Part shown: one piece after another, positions 35,866-49,653 of the stretch
Numbering within the stretch: position 1 is the stretch's first letter
Layout: each line of letters starts with the position of its first letter
Assembly (NCBI GenBank): GCA_026025795.1
Contig: JAPEUG010000040.1
Coordinates: forward strand, 1 to 64,000
Reading direction: 5' to 3'
DNA from: Thelocarpon superellum
Lineage: Eukaryota
DNA: 64,000 bases
The notes under the pieces: generated by a model
What the model was told of the DNA's origin: nothing
The model's input: the letters and a program-made list of their open reading frames with translations, nothing else
Database searches by the model: none
Translations under genes and position numbers: made by a program

Positions 35866-37638
35866 ATGCGTCAACGTCTGACCTTCCTTCACGATGCAAA
35901 CGCAGACTACGACATCAAGTCGCTCAAGGTGACCAAGAGCAGTGCAACAATAAAGGGGTTAAAGGCGGCCCGTGAAGATCGCTTGACGTTCGACCTGCAA
36001 GAGCTTCCGCAGGAGGTAGCGTGCTCTCCGGCCAGAACGAAGAAGACTTGATGCTCATTCGCTTTAGCTGAGGACTGCGCTCGTCCAATGTCAGAGCCTG
36101 TCAGTACGATGGACTTCGTCTGAAAAGCATCCAATCATCTCTCCATTCGTCTCATCCATCTCGCCCGGCTTGCATGTGTTCATCACGCCGAAGAAGCTCA
36201 AGTCCCCGTTCGTCGCCATGATGACTGCTATGAATGACTATATAGACTAACGGGCGAAAAGCGATGCGATCTGCAACTTGCTCAAGAAAGTGCTCGGTAG
36301 CAGCCTGAAATGTGCTACTCTCGAGGTATGGCTTGTCACGTTGTCTGCTGATGACGCTCACCCGCCCGGCAGGAAACGTTTATCGACAGTGCCGCTGCAC
36401 GCGAAGATCCTACGTCGTCCCATAGCCTTCAGTACTATCACATTCTTCCCTCAAGCAAAGACTTGGTGACATATATCCAACGAGCCATCTGCCGATCCGG
36501 AGATGCATCATGTCAGAGCCGGGCCGCAGCACTAGAGTCCGCCACCTCTCTCGATGTCAATTACGACATTCAGTCACGTCGCCTCGTGTGCTTCGCTCAG
36601 TGGACCCATGGCCCTAACGATGGGGCGTGGGATGAAGATATTGTCACAGCATCCAAGAAGGACCGGGTGGAGGTGGGTGTACTGGCCATTGAGGAAGCAA
36701 GATTGCATGAAGAGCTTTCGCTCGGAGGCTGGCTCACGGTGATTGGACAAGATAGCAAGCCCTGTGTGACTTCCATGACCGCCAATCTTCTTCACGTGAG
36801 CTAACACCTTCCACCAGCCCCGACGCTATTCTCCTTTCCATCTCGTCATCACCCCCTGCCCGTCTCCGACTCTTCATCTTTCAGCGTCTCTTTTCCGCCG
36901 CCAACCGGTCTTCACCCAACCTTACGCATCATATTTCCGAGCGCGCCTGCTCCTCCGCCCGTCGATGGATGTTCTCTCTACACTTACGTGACCCTCCCTT
37001 CCTATCTGTTTGCCGATCCCTACCAACTCTCCGACCCGCTCTTTCTCGCCAGCAAGAACCTTCAATCTATCCCTATCATCGACGGCGAAACGGATCTGGA
37101 AGCTCCGAATTGGATCATTAAGAAATGGGGCAGCACGGTTTTGGCGCAGATTGCCACGTCCACGTCATCGGATCACAGCACCAGTGTCCACTCTGTTGAA
37201 ATCCCCCTCCACCTCCGCTATCTGGAGCCACGACAGGGCCACAACGGCCAGCGCTCCGTTTCCGTGCCGTGGCCAGTCGTATTCTGGGCGTGTCCACTCC
37301 CATCACAAAGTGATGCATCCCTCGACGGCAACCCGTTTGACCGGATCAATCTGGGATATGACCGCCTCTTTCCAGCAAACTCCACCCTCTTCTACCACCT
37401 GAATCCTCGGCCCGCTTCCTCATCGAACGCGACAACAGCCCCACTAATGGAAACCCTAGCTGTTCCGGTGCTAGACCTTGAATACATCCGTGGCGTCGAG
37501 ACCGGAACCATTGCTGTAGTGCTGCTGGGCTTTTGCTGGATCTGTTGGCGCCTCTTCGTGATGCCCCGTGTGACTCTGGACGCGAGTGATTCTGTACCGG
37601 TATCCACGACCGGACAGACAAAAAAGAAGACCACTTGA
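35866..37638 (+). CDS. PBN1: GPI mannosyltransferase I subunit Pbn1/PIG-X
   Basis: MRQRLTF, AAREDRLT, EVGVL, PTLFSFPSRHH, PTGLHPTL, LPSYLFADPYQL, GETDLEAP, IPLHLRYL, NPFDRINLGYD, C-terminal TM; several introns. Confidence 0.92.
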
Positions 37639-37998
37639 CGGTCGTGTGTGCCCTTCCAGGTTGTCCTATCCTACTAGTAGCATCATTTGCAGGACATACT
37701 ACTGGAGTCGTTGACCATGTGATGTATACCATATGGAGCCACTCGCGCGCGAGGGAAGGAAGGGGGTGCTATGTCGACGTGGACCATTTTGCACCCTTTT
37801 CGGCCGTCTTGTCCCCATGTCTCGTTCCGTGCTTCTAGCCACTGGACATTGGGTTTTGCAGACTAAGCACCTGACGGATTCGCGGCGTCACCCGAATGGA
37901 CGACTGGCGGCCAGTCCGAATCCTAGTCCTGGTTCATTGTTCCCATATGTCTGAGACCTATCCTATGATACATGACATCGCGATCTATCTCGTGCCAA

Positions 37999-39340
37999 CT
38001 ACAGCATCGACGCATCCACAGCCGTGAGGAGAGGATGCATAGCATAGATGGGCCCCTTCGTCTCCTCGCCATCGAAGAGGAGCAGGTTCTGAATAGGTTG
38101 TTCGCGGTGTCCGAGCACGTTGATGACGTCCTGCGCGAGCTGGCCGCCGAGAATGGCCGTGACTGGCGCGATCTCGCTGCCGAGATTATGCAGGAAGCTG
38201 CGCAGGAAGTCGCTCGTGAGGGTTTCGGGGGGCAGTTGGAGGCTCTTGTGCGCATCGGTCGCCAGGGTTGTGAAGAGCTCGAGGTCGGCGTGGTTGTGCG
38301 AGGGTAGGTGGCCTTTCAGTCTCTGGAACTCCCAAAGCGCTTTGATCCCCGTGAGCAGAGGGGGCACCTGGCGTAGTCGCCGTCGGTTGTGCAGGTATTC
38401 GGATGGGAGGGGCGCCGCGTTGGCGAGGCGGAGGGGAGTGTATTGCTCGCGCTTCGTCACCATCTCGATCGTCTTGCCGTTTTCTTTCTTGGTCGACGAC
38501 GCGATGATGGATCGGGTGGCGCTCTCAGGCCGTAGGACCGTCGGGACGTTGGATTTCTCGCGCTCGATGACGAAGTCATGCGTGATCAGGTCCGCGAACA
38601 CGTAGCCGTAGAAGCCGTGTGATCCTGCGGCGTAGAAGGGACGCGCGCAGAGGCGTGCGGATTCGTTGATTCGCTCAAAGCTTACGAGATCTAGATCGGT
38701 GGCGATTATCACGTCGAAGGTGGTAAAGTATTCCGGCTCTTTTAGGCGGATGTCTTCCGTGTCGATGTACACAGATACACGGGGATTGAGCTTGCGGATC
38801 TGAGGCGCCGCGGCCTCGGCTCGCTGATGGTGATCGTGTTGGCTGTTGCCTGCATGATGGGAGTTGACGAGCCACTCACATTCTGTCCGACGTGCTGCTC
38901 AGATAGGAAGAATTGCGCTCCGAGGTCCTCCTCAGAGACCGGGGCATGATCCACGATGGTGAGGGAACCAATGCCAGCCAGAACCAGATTCTTGGCCACC
39001 TCGTTGGCGACCGCTCTGAAGTGGATTAGGAGGATGTTAGAGGTGCGGAGTCTGCCAAATGTTCAGTCATTGACCTCCGCGACCCCCACCATCATGAATC
39101 TGCACTGACTTCTGCTGGGCTTGTACGCCCCAGAGCCGGATCTGTCGGTCATAAAGAGCTATCTCCTCTAGAGACCAGGGCTGATCAGCTGAGCACAAGA
39201 TCAAAGATCGGTTCAAGCTCACCTGGACCGATGGCTTGCGCGTGGGAAGCGACGGCGACAGCTGCAGCACTAGAATCCCCCACCGCATCTCCAGTCAAGG
39301 TGGCCATCATGGGAGCTCCATTGGTGTTGTTTCCCGCCAT
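37999..39340 (-). CDS. AOS1: SUMO-activating enzyme E1 subunit Aos1/Rad31
   Basis: EEIALYDRQIRLWGVQAQQ, ANEVAKNLVLAGIGSLTI, PQIRKLNPRV, EIAPVTAILGGQLAQDVINVLG, PIQNLLLFDG. Confidence 0.93.
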
Positions 39341-39957
39341 ACCACACACGAATGAACGATCGCCGCAAATCGGTCAAGCCGGAGGCCCAAATCTACTCAG
39401 CAGGGACGCAAGAGAACATGACTCCCACCTAGGAGAAGCTAGGCCAGGCAGGCTTCCAAAAGATGCAACCTGCACGTTTGATGTGTTGGACAAACCGCAC
39501 GTCTCTTACGGGACCCGACTACCGTAGCATTGAAAGGCGTCCGGGGGCGAAGTGGGCTGTACGGTGAGCGACAGACGGATGGCTGTCGTTTCATCAGAGG
39601 AAGACCTTACCAGTACGTCGCGTACGGGTAGCATGGTTAGTTAAGCCGGCAAGACGATCAACGAGTGACACTGTCATCTGCAACAATCTGTGGGCCCATC
39701 TGACGGTCCTTGCGTCCACCTGCTCTGTTTTTTCTCTTCCATTGCTCTGGTTTTTCTCTTCCATTTGCAGCTGCTATTGGCTCGCTCTGACTTTGCCCCT
39801 CTGGTTTGCACCCATCGCTGACCCTGGTCCACAAGCTTCATCACTTCATCCATGTGCCAGCTGATGACAGGACGCCGGATCGCTCAAGGCGACCATTGTA
39901 GCACCACCTGACAACCCCTCTCGGATCAATCCGGCCGCAGCCTCTGCCTCCTTCACC

Positions 39958-41976
39958 ATGGTATGTTACCGCGTCAGAGACCTTTTCACCGTCTGGACTC
40001 GCGATATCTCTTCTGCGTTCCGTCGCTGACACCTCGACCAGTCGAGGAACTTTGATTTCCCCCCCGCCTCGACGGGTGAAGGTGAAGGATCGAATCACCC
40101 TCCCAACGGGCCCCCACGATTCCCCACCGCCACTCCCATCGTTCCAGGTCCAGTGGATACGGCTCTGACGGTGATCGAGTCCGAGAGTTCACAACCACCC
40201 GGACGGCTCCAGTACCTGCGAGAGCTGATTCAGCGGGAGATCGCCGCCCGCGACACTGGGAACTGGCCAGTGCCACCGGCGCCTCCTCCACCCCCGCCGC
40301 CACAGGTGGCCGTACCCAACCCGTCCAGTGCTCCGGCAGAACGCCGCCGACGCCGTGCCATCATCCGGAACATCGCATCGCTCCGAGCGAGGCAGGCCAC
40401 GCCACCTACGCCCGCCTCACACGCGGGCCCGTCGTCCACACCTGCGGCCACGCTTCGGCCGGCCCAAGCACGTCCGCAGGTCCAGCGACCGCGACCACCC
40501 CGTGAGGCTCGGGCGTCGAGCTCGCTGGCCAACCTGCACCGCGCGAGCGCCCGTCTGGCAGAGGCCAGCTCGGACCTGCGATCGCTCCTTGACAACCCTG
40601 TCCGCTTCACCGCACCCGTGCTGCATCTACGAGACCACTCGCATGACGCGGAGGCACAACGACGATTCAAACGCCGGAAGCTCGATCATGGTGAGGCGGG
40701 CATGGGTGGGATTGCCAAGGTCAGCTATGGCTACTATGGGCAGGTCGAGCCAGGACAACTGAAACTGGAGATTGTCAGCTGCGACGGCGGGAACTATCCG
40801 GATGCCGAGGGGAAAGACCAAGTGTACTCGGCGGAGAACGTGCTACGGAATGACCGAAGCGTGTATTGCACCAAAATCTCGCAATGCAATCTGCTGCTCC
40901 AACATCAAGGGGGAACGGCGTTTTGCTTGAGCAAACTGATGTTGAAAGCGCCACAGGCTGGCTTTACTGCTCCGTGAGCGGCGGTCATATCTTGATTGAG
41001 TGTCACTGGCTGACGATACTCGATAGGGTACAAGAGGGCATGGTCTTCGTGTCCATGACGTCGGAGAATATCCTTGATCGCACGGCTCCCTACCGGATGC
41101 TTTATCGACCCTCCGCCCAGACGGGCCGGCGTCAGCCTCGACAGCGGGCCTCGCCTTTCCCACCTTCGATCGACAACGAACACGCGTGGTCGAACGAGCA
41201 GCCTCAGCGACGGCCATTTCCTCCCGCCTCCCTTTCACGACCTGAGCAAGACATCAACTTGCCACGAGACGTGGGAGGATTTGGCCTGAACAGCTCGGCC
41301 GAGGACGCGGAGCCTGACGTGTCGGATCAGTCAGATGAGGACGCCGATGACTCGTGGATCCAAGAGGCAGGTATCACGGGGACCATCACGGTGCCAACGG
41401 CAACGCCATACACGATCGCGACGGATGGAAGCGAAGAGGAAGAGGACGAGGATGAAGGCGACGATGCGACGCCGGAGGTCCGAGCAGCCACGGCTCGTCG
41501 TCGGCGAGAGGCTATCGCCCGGGCCATGTCGGAAAATGAGGACGAGATGGAGGACGATGACATTCACGTCTTCGCGGACGACCTTGTCAGCCTGGGTCAT
41601 TTCCCAGTGATCAAGTCTCGCACGAGGCTGACCCAACCCAACCACATTGCCTGGGCCCCATCCGAGGATCGAATCAATCCGTCGAGCCAGGATGGACAAG
41701 GCGCAGGGCCCGAGGTGGACCTCCTCCCGCCACACGCCCGATTCTTCATCAAGAAGGACAAGAGCAAATGCTGCATTTCGTTCGATCCGCCGGTGTACGT
41801 CTTCAATCCCCGGTGATCCACCATGGAGTCACAGCAGCTAACCATTCTGTAGATCCGGCCGATACCTTCTCTTGAAACTCTGGAGTCCTGCAGCGGACGA
41901 GAATATCGACATTCAAAGCATCGTAGCGCATGGATTTGCCGGACCTCGCTACTTTCCTGCGAGAGAGATGAGGTGA
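39958..41976 (+). CDS. Conserved fungal hypothetical protein with predicted beta-sandwich halves
   Basis: ATG directly followed by a GTATGT intron; LKLEIVSCDGG, NVLRNDRSVYCT, APVQEGMVFVSM, acidic linker, PHARFFI...FDPPV/SGRYLLLKLWSP...NIDIQSIVAHGFAGPRYFP. Confidence 0.85.
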
Positions 41977-43294
41977 ATCCAGGGTAGATCCCATACGCTG
42001 GAATGAGTCTATCGTCGTAGAAGAGACGTGAGGGGGTGAAAAGAACAGCGATCTGATGAGCATGGCGCGGAGGGCATGGATGGCATGGGACAATAGGGAA
42101 GGAAGTAGGGTAGGACATGACAGGAGCCAATTGACGGGAAGGGTCATGGCACGGAGCAGGACAAGGGACAGGGACAGGAGCAGGGAGGCACGATACGAAT
42201 CTTGACGAACTTCTTTCTCCTTCGGTCTTCCCACTGACTTGACACTCTATATCCTTACACACCATCTAATGATCAAATCAGTTTGGATGGGGTAGAGCAA
42301 TTAGTGCAGATGTGCTAGGGCAGATCAGAGCAGACCAGGGGCCCGACACGGAGATTGCAGATTCGAGGATATACAGTGACGCGTCCCCCATACGTATTTC
42401 CATTCAACCCGCGTCGCCTGCCTTCTACTATACACATCCTCGCTCACCCACCCATTCCCTCCCCTCCCCTCCCCTCCTCTTCCTCTCGTCCCTGCTCACT
42501 TCTTGCTTCTTGCATCCCTCTCCGCTCTCCGTTCCCACTTCTGGCTTCACTCTCCCCACGGTTCACCTCACTTCGCTCGGGTCTATAGTACTGCATCCAA
42601 GATCTGCAGGCCACTCAGGCTCCGAGGACGATTAGAACATGAGTGAACCATCCACACCCGCACCCACATGCACACATACACAAGCACGGAGATATATACC
42701 AACGAGAGGGAGAGGTCCACCGCATAGATGACTATTCTACAAGAGAGTGAGAGTGAGACTCTACCAGTCATCCCCTCTGCTCTACCGCCTCCCTAGGAGC
42801 AGGAGACAAGCCACGTCATAATCGCGCACGAGAACCTGAGAGAAGTCAACACCTCTTCTCGCACCCAGAGGAGACACATATTCCGCAGACGCACGAGCAC
42901 GAGGGCGAGCACGGGTTGGAGGTGAGGCGGGAGATGACTGGTGAAAGAAGAAGCGAACAAGAAAAGGACTACGACAAGATCGGCTCGAAGAGGGAAAACC
43001 GAGGTCCAGACGGACAGATACCCTGAAGATGAAAGAGGTTGTCCCCGTGCGTGAGCATTATGGGATGGCGTCTTCCTCCTCCAGAGGATGGTGACGACAT
43101 CGACGACGACGATGCCTAACGATCCAACACCGTATGAAGCAGGACCCAGGACCCAGGACCCAGGACCAAGGAAGAGGAACAAGGGCCATCATGGCTGTCC
43201 TGTAACTACCGCCCAATCCCACCAAACCATTCCGAGATTTTCCGTCATTATCATCATGGTTGTGTGCACACTGATCGATCGACAGCCACTGCTC

Positions 43295-46121
43295 TTAGCA
43301 AACGATGACATCGCTGCCACCCAGGTCGTTGGTGCCATCGCCCCCCATGCCGTTGGACGCATGGTTGTCGGAGCCGAAGCTGAACTTGGTCATGGACAGT
43401 TCGTCATTGGCCATGCGCATGCCGATGCCGCTGTCATCGTGGTCCACCTCCTCATGGAAGCCCACGGCGGCGGCTAAAGCAGCGTGGCTGGTATTGGTCA
43501 TGGCGAGACGATTGGTGGCGGTGGGGAAGGTGTGGGTCGGGGGGTCGGTCATGCTGAAGCTGTCATAGCCCTGAGACCCGATCGATTGACCGAAGTCCGC
43601 ATCCACACTGCTGAAGCGCGTCTCGGGACGGCTCTCGGTGCCACTCTGAGCCTGGGTTGCGTGCGTCGTGGGCACGACCGCGACGGCGCGGGTCACATCG
43701 TCACCCACGGTGGGAACCGGGTCGGGAAGAGTGTGGGCCAGAAAGCCACCCTCCTCGGCGAGGAAGGCCACCATCTCGTCGATCCACATCTTCATATTCC
43801 ACCAGGACGAGAAGCTTCGGCCGCCGCCCACGGTGATATCGCGAAGCGCCGAGCTCCCGATACCGTTGACGCACGCGATGATGGTGCGCGCATCGGCTTT
43901 CGGGAATCGCTCGGGCAGTTCACGGAGAAAGGTGTACCACCGATCGAGCCCCGTCTGCATCTTGGACGCCGCGCCCTCGGCATCTGCCGAAGTCGACTTG
44001 TCCGACGCGTCCGGTGCGGGCTCGGGCTCCCAGGAGAGGTGCACGGGATCCAAGAGTCCACGGATCTCCAAGATCAGGACATGGAGGACCTCGGAGTAGC
44101 CGCAGTTGGGGAGCTCCTTCTGGACGATCTTGACCGCCTCCACCTGCAAGACCCAGTCTTCGTACATCTGATCGCGGTTGGCCTTGTTGCTCAGCACATT
44201 GGCAGCCGCGTGGGCCGCGAGGTTGACGCGCAGCGCCCGATCCACCAGACTCGCAAAGATCGTGGCCGGCTCGAGCTTGGCCTCGATGACGTGCGGCGGA
44301 TAGGCCTGGAAGGACGATTTGATGTGCGCGCCGAGGTTCTTGGCCATGCTCTTGAGAAAGTCCACCACGGGCATGGGCACCACCTGCATGGTGAGCGGCG
44401 CCAAGACCCGGAGCATCGTCTGATACATGCGCCAGTCGCACTCCTTGATCCAGGGGGCCACCACAGGGTTAGCCAAGAGCTTCTGGACCGGCACGGTCAG
44501 GGTGCCGTGGAAGGAGGTGAAGAGGTGGAAGAAGTTGCGCTCGCGGCAGAAGCGCACGCAGTCAATGAGCGAGGTGCAGTGCGAGCGATACAGCGCCGTC
44601 AGGGCCGCCGCGGTATCTTGGTCGATGCCCGATGGCAGATGGCGATGGATGCTGGGCAGGTCGATGGGCTCGTTCTGGTCGAAGGCGGTGTCCGGGAAGG
44701 CTGGGAATCGGAGCTCGCGCTGGATCATGGTGGAGCTAAAGGATGGATCGTTGAAATCCAGATCCGCCGTGTTAACATCCCAGAAGAGACTGCTTGACGC
44801 CCCGCCGTGACGCGGCTTGCGAGGTGGCTGGCTCGAGGACATGGCGGCGCTCGGGGAGGGAAAGACGGCGGTATCGGCCGCGAGCTGTGGTGCAGGACTA
44901 CGGACGAGGTCAGCAGAGGCAGCGGCAACGAAACACTCGTCGGGTGTGATGACGTCTACTCACGTGGGACCACGCTGCGTGGGGAAGGGCTGATGAAAGC
45001 TCAGTGGGGCATCGGCGGCCTCGGGTGCCGCGGTCGCGACTTGGTTGGCCGGTTCTTCCTCGAGGGTCAAGCCGCAGTAGTGATATTTCGATTCACCACG
45101 CATGCCCAGCCGGCGCGTCTGGATGGCCGGGAACATGACCCGCACCAACTTACCAAAGGACGCCGGATTCAATACCGTCACCCGTTCCGTGCCGCATCGC
45201 GACACGTAGTTACTGTACACTCGTCCGCGCGGTACGGAGCCGCTGCTCTTCTTGCACGCGGCATTCAGCCTAGATCGGCACGTCAGTCGAGGTTCGAGCC
45301 GGCATGATGCGTCGGGAATCTGGCGTACCAGAGCATGGCGAAGATCTGCCGCGTCTTTTCCGACTGTGGGCCCCGCTCATTTCCCTGAAGTTGCGTCGCG
45401 ATCTCTTGCAATGATCTCCCGTCGTTTTCGCGAAACAGTCGTCGCAACTCGAGATCGTTCTGCGCGCTCTGTGTTGAGGGTTTTCGCCCATGAGACTGCG
45501 AGGCCTTCTCCTCGGCCACCTTTTCGGAACTTGTGCGGCTGTTGCTCTCTCGGGGCGCCACATGCATTTGACTCTCTCGAGCCACAAAGTTGGCGTAATC
45601 CATCTCATCGTTGCTGGGCATGGGTTGCGGATGCATAAAGGTCGTAGCGGACGGGTAGTGCATGCCATGGCCGCCGGCGGGGTCGAGGGCCGGATCGAGG
45701 GGAAAGGTGTTGTGGTCGGTCAAGGATCCGGCGTTCTGCATCAACATACCTCCGGCGGACATGGCATGGGCCGGCTCGAGACGCTGAGATGAGAAGGTAA
45801 AGTCGGCCTCGGCGACCGGCTGTTGGGATGGCTGGGTGTTGAAACTCTGGGCACTGGCGGTCGAGGCCCGCGATTGGGGACGACGACGCGCTTGATTCGG
45901 CAGCGCCGCGGTCAATTGTGAGCGCGACAGCTGAAAGGCATTCTGTCCGGTGTGTGATGCGTGTCCCTCTGCAAGTGCCGGTCGTCAAGATCAGCGTCGT
46001 CTTCGCACAATTTCATCACATCACGGTGCGACCGGGGCACCAGCGCGCACACCACCCGGCGAGTCACGGAGATGGCATGGGAGGGCTCACCGAGGGATTC
46101 TCCCAAACCGGATGAGTCCAT
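43295..46121 (-). CDS. RFX-family transcription factor (Sak1/CPCR1-like)
   Basis: RFX DNA-binding domain VPRGRVYSNY...LNPASFGKLVRVMFPAIQTRRLGMRGESKYHYCG; LYRSHCTSLIDC; DDSGIG. First exon MDSSGLGESL joined via intron 45969-46090. Confidence 0.92.
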
Positions 46122-47195
46122 GGTCGCGATGTGGTCGATGGACGTGGCGGCCACGTTGGACTCGGTGATGGAGTCAGCGGCACGGCTGACACGGGCTGTT
46201 TTGGTGCCCTCAGCCAAAGGACGAGGGGCTTCCCGACGGTTCCTTACGAACCAGGTCCGACCGAGGATCCACGCTGGCTAGGATACGGCCCGGACGACGC
46301 TCCAGCGGATCTGGAGATGGCGATCGACGTGCAGATTCGATGGGTTGGGCGGTGGGGGGGAGGGGGGGCATGGGTCAATAGCAGAGCGGCTTTTGGGGGT
46401 TGTTTTGCTTGTTGATATTTTGGAGTTGGCGGAGCGACGGCGAGTTGCGAGCGGCGTTTGCCTTGCCCTCCTGCCAGAGTGGGACTCGTTGCGCGGACTT
46501 GGCGCTGATCGAGCGCAAGTAGTAGTACCGACGTTTCCAGTGCGGTACTGCGTACCGACCCCTGTTCACCGTACGAGGAGTACTTTACACCGGCCCCGTC
46601 AGACCGAGCGGACAAAGCGGCGAGTGTTGTCAGGCTTGATGCGCGGCACGTGGACCTCACGTGATAAAGCTGCAAGATTTGTTCTGAGAATTCGCCTACG
46701 CAGAGAAGTGGGAGGACCCGATGGCCCTGGCCGGTCAATTGATCCGTCGAGGGGTGCCAGACATCCAAGCTAGACCAGCTCGACCTAGGGCGCGTGCCAG
46801 TCACCAGCATTCGGTGCATACCGGGTCAGTGCTCGTGCTACCTGTCGGCCCCCCAGTGACAGCCAGGGCGGTCGATAGCGCTGCCTGGACGATCACCTCA
46901 TCGGGGGGCTTATCTAACGAACCAGCTGGACGGTTCGGCTGGACCTGCGACCATGTCCAGATGCGTCGGGTGGCCCTACCGACCGCTCGCCCTCTGATAC
47001 GAACGCCAGGCCGAGTAAGGAATACTCGCAACTTGTCCGACCACGCCGTCGTGTGCATGTGCACCATCCGGGTCATTTCATTCCACCATCCCCCTCGAGA
47101 CTGCCTCGTAGTGCAAGCCGCCTCGGTCGATTCCCTCATTCCTCCCTTCTCACCCACGGATTCTTGCGCAACGGAATTTGCACATTACCGCCAAG

Positions 47196-48040
47196 ATGTC
47201 GGTCCAGGATCAAGCCCGTCACCAGATCGCCGTCCTCGATAAGGAGGTTCGTCCGGCGCTCCGATCGTGGACCCCCGGCCGCTGATAGACCGCCGCAGCT
47301 CTCCAAGTATCCATTTTTGAACGACCTTGAGAAGCAAACTGGCGTGCTCAAGGTCTATGCCGTAGCTCTCCCCTCTCTGCCGTCGGCCTTTTCCCTCTGT
47401 CGTTTCGTGCGTCGCCCGGTCGCTGACGGATCTAGTTCATCGGCATCGCCGTCGTCTACTTCTTCTTCGTCGTTTTCAACATCGGCGGGCAGCTCCTGGT
47501 CAACCTGGCGGGGTTCATCATTCCCGCCTATTACTCGCTGCAGGCGCTTTTTAGCGCGACCAAGGTGGATGATACGCAGTGGTTGACGGTTCGTGCTCCA
47601 CGCGAGCGTTCCCGTCCGCCGAGCGACTGACTGAGGGCGATGACCATAGTACTGGGTCGTCTACGCATTCCTGACGTATGTCGGCTCCTCCTCAACCGTG
47701 CCTTCTGCCGCTAAAGGATGACAGGGTGTTTGAGAGCGGCGTCAACGCGGTGTACTGGTTCCCCTTCTTCTACACCTTTAAGCTGTTCCTGGTCCTGTGG
47801 TTGGCCCTACCGCAATTTGGGTGAGCAGCGTTCCGCCGGCCCCCCTCCACCCCCCCGGACCCCAAAAGCCCACTCTCAGGACCGAATGCTGACTACCTGG
47901 GCATTAGCGGCGCGCAGATCATCTTCCGGTCGTTCCTCCAGCCCGTGTTTGCCCGGCATTTTGCCTCGTCGAGTGGCTCCACGGCGTCGAACCTGCGATC
48001 CCGGGCGGATGAGGCGACCAACAAGCCCCATGCCATCTAA
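47196..48040 (+). CDS. YOP1: ER-shaping protein Yop1 (DP1/REEP)
   Basis: MSVQDQARHQIAVLDKE/LSKYPFLNDLEKQTG, GFIIPAYYSL, DDTQWLT/YWVVYAF, WFPFFYTFK, GAQIIFRSF; 5 introns. Confidence 0.94.
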
Positions 48041-48556
48041 ACTCCTTGGCTCCCCCGTCGGAGAGAGGGTTGTATGTTGGTCATCGCCTTGGAGCGTGTC
48101 GAGTGACGGGGAGCCGCGAAGATTCTGCACGGCAGGTGACCGATATTTGTCCGCAGAGCGTCATATCATAGCCCTGGTTCCGGCCTCGGGTCGGGCTCCG
48201 CGCTTCTCGTACGCGTGGTTTTCTTGTTTCTTTCTGGTAGCCTCCGATGATCCCGCCATGTAACCCTCATGAATTAGTCCATCCGAGCCTCGACGATCAC
48301 TCGAATGCAGAAGCCTGAAACCATTCGCAACGCGTTGCGTGTTATCCAGATGCTTGCTGGCTCGATAGCTTGCGTGGTGTCCAAATCTATGTAGGTGCTT
48401 CTGTACATCTATATCCATGACAGTATGGGACTGTGGCGGCGGGGCAATCCAGAAACGCCGATCCACCGCGCTCCGATCCCACCCTTTGTCTTCCCCACGC
48501 CATCGCTTACCTCTGCTCTCCTCTCCCCTTAAAAGATACCCATGCGCCAGCCCTCG

Positions 48557-49277
48557 TCACGCGGGTTGATGACGATCTGGTACGGAAAGGGGTTGGACTC
48601 GCTGGTGGTAATGGGCGGGATGTGATCGGTGTTGCGGTTGACGATGGTCACGATCTTCATGGCCGTCTTCTGCAGCATCATTTCCATAGCGCGGCGCACC
48701 TTGGCTCGCTCTGCTCCTCAAGGTCAGCGAGCGCGGGAGACGGGTCCGTGTGACTGGCGGGACTGGAGAGAAGGGCCCTACCGGACTCCGTCTTGGGCGT
48801 GGCCAGGGTGACGTCCAGCGTCCACTGCTCCCAGCACACCTCGTCCTCGGCCTTGGAGAACCATGCCTTTCGGCGGCGCTTCTCGAAGAACTGCACGGCC
48901 ATCTGGCCACGCACGGAGTTGGAGTGCAGGTTCGAGGTGGTATCGATCTGGTGGATGAGGGCGGCGGTGCGCTGGTCGATGAGCGTCTCGAGTTCGACAT
49001 CGTCCACGACGGGCAGGGTCAGGTCGAGGAGATCCCAGGTGCGTGGTCGGATGGAGGGGAAGAAGCGGTGGAAGAAGATGGTATGGAGGATGCCTGGTGC
49101 GGTGAGCGGTTACGTGTGAGGCTGACGTCTGACGTCGCAGAGTGGTGCTGCGGGGGATGCGTGAATGCGTGGGGAGCTGGGGCGGGGGCTCGAGTACTGA
49201 CCCTTGATGATGTCTTTGACGCTGGTCGGATCTGCAAAGACCTCGAGTATATACTCGGGTGGCCGACGTTGTTCCAT
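48557..49277 (-). CDS. ATG101: Autophagy-related protein 101
   Basis: MEQRRPPEYILEVFAD, GILHTIFFHRFF, VQFFEKRRRKAWF (WF finger), VCWEQW, DHIPPITTSESNPFPYQI. Confidence 0.93.
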
Positions 49278-49653
49278 TGCCGCATGCTGGAGCTCCCCGG
49301 TGGAGCTGGGTGGGTGGTGGGCGATGTGGGTCGGTCGGCTTGTCGGCTTTGGTGGGGCGATGCGACGGGGTAATGACACCAGCCACCAGCCACCAGCCGC
49401 TCGTCTCCGACGCCCGTGGCATGGGGGCATACGGGCATACGGGCAAACCGCTCGGATGGCACTGGTCACCAGCCACATGTCGCTACCTGTCGCTCGCCGA
49501 CGGACAAGCCGAGGATGCACCTACTCGCCTACCCGCCGACCCACAGCGAACCCCGAGACTCTGCGCCGTTCGTCGCCCGTCCTGTCGCTCCTCTGCAGCT
49601 CCCTCCACACAATGCACGGCGAGCCCAGATTATCCCCGTGAGTGGATCCGACC

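Noticed and set aside
42000..43290. ncRNA in the long convergent gap with short 7-mer repeats (GGACCCA x4)
   Set aside because: Only low-complexity UTR-like sequence; no tRNA, snoRNA box or telomere-template match seen by eye.
43484..44797. 437-aa + strand ORF
   Set aside because: Antisense shadow of the RFX gene. The same applies to the shadows over PEX3, PHO84 and the 60-63 kb gene.
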